32,000 bases of DNA from Candidatus Methylomirabilis limnetica (GTDB lineage Bacteria > Methylomirabilota > Methylomirabilia > Methylomirabilales > Methylomirabilaceae), in NCBI RefSeq assembly GCF_003044035.1, contig NZ_NVQC01000022.1:342092-374091 (forward strand), given 5' to 3'. Made by a program: the position numbers and the translations under genes. Positions 29,111-32,000 of this stretch are shown here, in pieces. The notes under the pieces are model-generated. The model was not told where the DNA came from, did no database searches, and saw only the letters and a program-made list of their open reading frames with translations. Position 1 is the stretch's first letter. Each line of letters begins with the position of its first letter.

Positions 29111-31006
29111 ATGTTTTCAGTCCAGTCGAAATCCTGCCTCAATGTTCTTCCCCTGGCTCTGCTTCGGGTCGCGTTCACCCTAGCCCTCGCGTTTGTCTTT
29201 ACTGGAGTCGTTGGAACTTACGCCGAGGCTGCCACCAGGTTGCCGGACCTCATCGTCTCGGCCGTCAGCGCCCCGTCGACAGCCCAGCCTGGGCAGAGTT
29301 TCGTTCTCTCCGCGTCGATCAAGAATCAGGGTAGGGCCTCTGCTAGCACGGTTCAGGCGGCGTTTTACCTGACGAAGAGCGCTTCAAGCATCACTGGAGC
29401 GACTCTGTTGGGTACTCAGAATGTGGGTTCCCTCTCAGCGGGGGCTGTCCTGGCCCTCACCACAACCCTCTCCATCCCTTCCTCGACTTCGCCGGGAACG
29501 TTCTATGTGGCGACGGTGGCGGATCCAACAAAGATAATAAAAGAGAGCAAAGAAACGAATAACACCCGCGCCTCCAGCGCCATCGCCGTCAAGGACTTAA
29601 CCCCACCTACGATTAGCGGCGTGAATGCTACTGGAATAACTGCCAACAATGCCACCATCACCTGGACGACAGATAAGACGAGCACCTCGCAGGCAGACTA
29701 TGGAACCACCGCTGCCTACGGCAGCGCGACAGCGCCCAACAGTTCCCTTGTGACAAGCCACGCCGTCACATTGAGTGGGTTGACCGCAGGCAAGGCATAT
29801 CACTTCCGAGCACAGTCCAAGGATGCCGCCGGGAATGCGGCGCTATCGAGTGACTATACATTCACAACTGCAACCGCTACGACTACAACTGCAACCGCAG
29901 GAAATACCTACTACGTCGCCACCACCGGCAACGACGGCTACCCCGGCACCGAGACTCAGCCCTTCCGCACGCTCTCACGCGGCGTCAGTGTGCTGATCCC
30001 AGGGGATACGCTCTATGTCATGAGCGGGACCTATGCGGAGTCGCTCATGCACAACATTCCCGCCGGTACCTCCTGGAGTGCTCCGATAACGGTAGCTGCC
30101 GCTCCAGGTCACACCGTGACCCTCAAGCCCGATCTCGGAGCTGAGTTTGTCCTGCACTTCCAGGGCCCCCAGCAGTACATCGTCATCGATGGGCTGATCC
30201 TCGACGGGGCCAATGCCACCTACGGCGTCGTGAAAATTACCTGGTCGGTGTCAGGTGATCCGACGACAGCAGCCCACCATATCCGGCTTCAAAATAGTGA
30301 AGTACGTAACGCCTCGGCACTGGGGGGGCAGGCTTCCGGACAAGGGGTGCTGGTGGCGGGACAGGCCGACTGGAATGAATTCATCAACCTCAACGTCCAT
30401 CATAATGGTCTAACCTCTTTTGACCACGGCTTCTACATCCAGTCCAGTCACAATGTAGTGGAACACTGCTCAGTCCACGACAACGCAGGCTACGGCGTAC
30501 ATCTCTACAATGAGTACGGTCGGCGAACTGACAGCAATGTTGTGAGAAACAATGCGGTCTTCAACAACGGCTGGCGAGGAATCCTCCTCGGTTCAGGCGA
30601 TGGGAACATCGCGTACAATAATGTTGTTTGGGGTAATAGGGGAGGCATCCGCGTCAGCTTTGGTAACCCCACGAACAGTAAGGTCTACAACAATACAACA
30701 TACAACAACACGGACTACGGCATCTTAGTGGAGACTGGTACCGGAGCTATAGCGCAGAACAACATTGCATACATGAATGGCACTCCAGAGATTCAGGATA
30801 CCGCGACCAGCTCCGTCATTGGCCACAATCTCGTAGGCATCGACCCGCAGTTCGTCAATGCGGCAGCGGCCGATTTTCGCCTCCAACCAGGTAGTCTGGC
30901 GATTGATGCCGGCATTGCCGTCAGCCTAGTGACTACGGACATTGCGGGTACTCTGCGCCCGCAGGGGAGAGGCGACGATATTGGGGCCTTTGAGATGATC
31001 CCCTGA
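29111..31006 (+). CDS. Secreted CARDB - fibronectin type III - right-handed beta-helix protein (riboswitch-controlled)
   Basis: GAGAGGAGCGG SD, then ATG 29111. Signal peptide MFSVQSKSCLNVLPLALLRVAFTLALAFVFTGVVGTYAEA|A. CARDB-like PDLIVSAVSAPSTAQPGQSFVLSASIKNQG. FN3-like PPTISGVNATGITANNATITWTTDKTSTSQADYG...YHFRAQSKDAAGN. Parallel beta-helix repeats NNAVFNNGWRGILLGSGDGNIAYNNVVWGNRGGIRVS...YNNTTYNNTDYGILVE. Confidence 0.8.
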   Translation: MFSVQSKSCLNVLPLALLRVAFTLALAFVFTGVVGTYAEAATRLPDLIVSAVSAPSTAQPGQSFVLSASIKNQGRASASTVQAAFYLTKSASSITGATLLGTQNVGSLSAGAVLALTTTLSIPSSTSPGTFYVATVADPTKIIKESKETNNTRASSAIAVKDLTPPTISGVNATGITANNATITWTTDKTSTSQADYGTTAAYGSATAPNSSLVTSHAVTLSGLTAGKAYHFRAQSKDAAGNAALSSDYTFTTATATTTTATAGNTYYVATTGNDGYPGTETQPFRTLSRGVSVLIPGDTLYVMSGTYAESLMHNIPAGTSWSAPITVAAAPGHTVTLKPDLGAEFVLHFQGPQQYIVIDGLILDGANATYGVVKITWSVSGDPTTAAHHIRLQNSEVRNASALGGQASGQGVLVAGQADWNEFINLNVHHNGLTSFDHGFYIQSSHNVVEHCSVHDNAGYGVHLYNEYGRRTDSNVVRNNAVFNNGWRGILLGSGDGNIAYNNVVWGNRGGIRVSFGNPTNSKVYNNTTYNNTDYGILVETGTGAIAQNNIAYMNGTPEIQDTATSSVIGHNLVGIDPQFVNAAAADFRLQPGSLAIDAGIAVSLVTTDIAGTLRPQGRGDDIGAFEMIP

Positions 31007-31045
31007 TCGCGTCGCGTCCTCGTCGGAGTACAGGAGCTTAAAACT

Positions 31046-31073
31046 GGAGGCCACCGATGTGGCCTCCTTTCTC
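31046..31073 (+). terminator. Rho-independent terminator after the beta-helix gene
   Basis: GGAGGCCAC-cgat-GTGGCCTCC (9 bp) followed by TTTCTCC. Confidence 0.6.
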
Positions 31074-31219
31074 CTGCAAGTGGTCCCTTTTATTCCGCGT
31101 CTGGCCCGCATTCGCTTAGGGGCTGTCTGAGGCAGTCACCACTGGCGCTTCATCAGGCTCCGCGTCGGGAGACGAGACTCTCCTCCCGCAGGGGTGCACG
31201 ACAGATTTTTGAGATAAGG

Positions 31220-32000
31220 TCATCCGGCAGCCGCCGCCGCTGACCGCCGTTCCCAGAAGTCCTCGAAGCGGCCGCTGAGTTTGGCGCAACGCAGGGCGAT
31301 GATGGCATTGGCCCCGCGGACGGTCCAGTGCATGCCGGCGCGCTTGAGGCGGGTGCCTATGGCTACCTTGCAGCCCGCTTCTACGACACCGGTCGACGTG
31401 CAAAGCCCATGGGCCAGAAACTCGGGGTAGCGCATGCGGTCTCGATTCCGCTCGACGTAATCCACGCACTTCCTGGCCTCGTCGTGCGTTGCAGTGTGGG
31501 TGCGCAGCGCTTGGAGCAGCGCGTCGAGCCGACCTTCGTCGAGTTCGTCGCAGCGTTGCCGCCTCCACTGTCCGGCTAACTCGCTCGTCGGTCCGTAGAT
31601 CGCCTTGCCTACGTCGCTCAGATGCTGCTTGGCATGGAAGCGATCGACGATCTGGACGGCGTCGGGGAAATACTCGTCGGCCATGTTCCAAATCCAGGGA
31701 GCCCCATCACCGAGAACGGCCTGCCGGCCGGCCCGTTCGAAGCCGCGTCGCGTCGCTTCACGCTCGACCCGCGCCGCAAACGCGCTGGGCTGCTCGTCGA
31801 CATCCCGTTGCGCCGCACTCTCGATCGCCGCTGAGTACGTGACCGATCCCTTATCCCGCATCGGGGTTCCATCGGCGGCCCGTCCTTCGGCGCTCCAGAC
31901 CGTACAGAGTTTGACCTCCCGTGTCTTCGCCGACCCTTCGGCCTGCTTGCCGGCACGTCCCACCAGTTCCTGTCGGCGTATCGGGACACCCGTACCGTCC
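31220..32000 (-). CDS. ISKra4-family transposase, C-terminal part (5' end outside the window)
   Basis: The frame is open to the window edge: DGTGVPIRRQELVGRAGKQAEGSAKTREVKLCTVWSAE...AVLGDGAPWIWNMADEYFPDAVQIVDRFHAKQHL...RMRYPEFLAHGLCTSTGVVEAGCK. The GTG at 31963 in the ORF track is internal. Confidence 0.75.
   Translation of the reverse strand, partial: DGTGVPIRRQELVGRAGKQAEGSAKTREVKLCTVWSAEGRAADGTPMRDKGSVTYSAAIESAAQRDVDEQPSAFAARVEREATRRGFERAGRQAVLGDGAPWIWNMADEYFPDAVQIVDRFHAKQHLSDVGKAIYGPTSELAGQWRRQRCDELDEGRLDALLQALRTHTATHDEARKCVDYVERNRDRMRYPEFLAHGLCTSTGVVEAGCKVAIGTRLKRAGMHWTVRGANAIIALRCAKLSGRFEDFWERRSAAAAAG

Overview
GC-rich (~60%) bacterial chromosomal window; taxon cannot be assigned from sequence alone. 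No rRNA, tRNA or CRISPR array was seen.

Left two thirds (1-19.7 kb): a cell-envelope glycosylation and protein-sorting locus.
- Three GT2 enzymes resembling polyprenyl-phosphate sugar synthases.
- Three very large polytopic membrane proteins. One is PMT/TMTC-like with TPRs and one carries two C-terminal PA14 domains; GT-C assignment of the other two is tentative.
- One GT4, one B12-binding radical SAM enzyme, and a small exosortase (XrtH-like) with a partner membrane protein.
- A secreted protein ending in a 16-Thr linker plus an IPTL-CTERM-like sorting tail, and a collagen-like Gly-X-Thr repeat protein.
- An intact ISAzo13-family IS (perfect 27-bp inverted repeats, TTA duplication) sits inside an intergenic hairpin repeat in the middle of the main minus-strand gene string.

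Right third (20.3-31 kb): a rearranged accessory island.
- Five type II toxin-antitoxin operons, all on the minus strand (3 PIN/VapC, one with an in-frame TGA; MazF-RHH; RelE/ParE-Phd).
- These alternate with plus-strand copies of a duplicated cassette: a conserved ~340-nt non-coding module, a sigma54-type promoter, a c-di-GMP-I (GEMM-I) riboswitch, and a small HExxH lipoprotein gene.
- The lipoprotein family has four copies: two apparently intact, one deleted, and one a fragment carrying a MITE.
- The same promoter, riboswitch and start of the signal peptide also head a 631-aa CARDB/FN3/beta-helix exoprotein.
- The island also holds an HU gene and ends at an ISKra4-family transposase.

Several MITE/REP families, some with recognisable target-site duplications, are scattered throughout the window.
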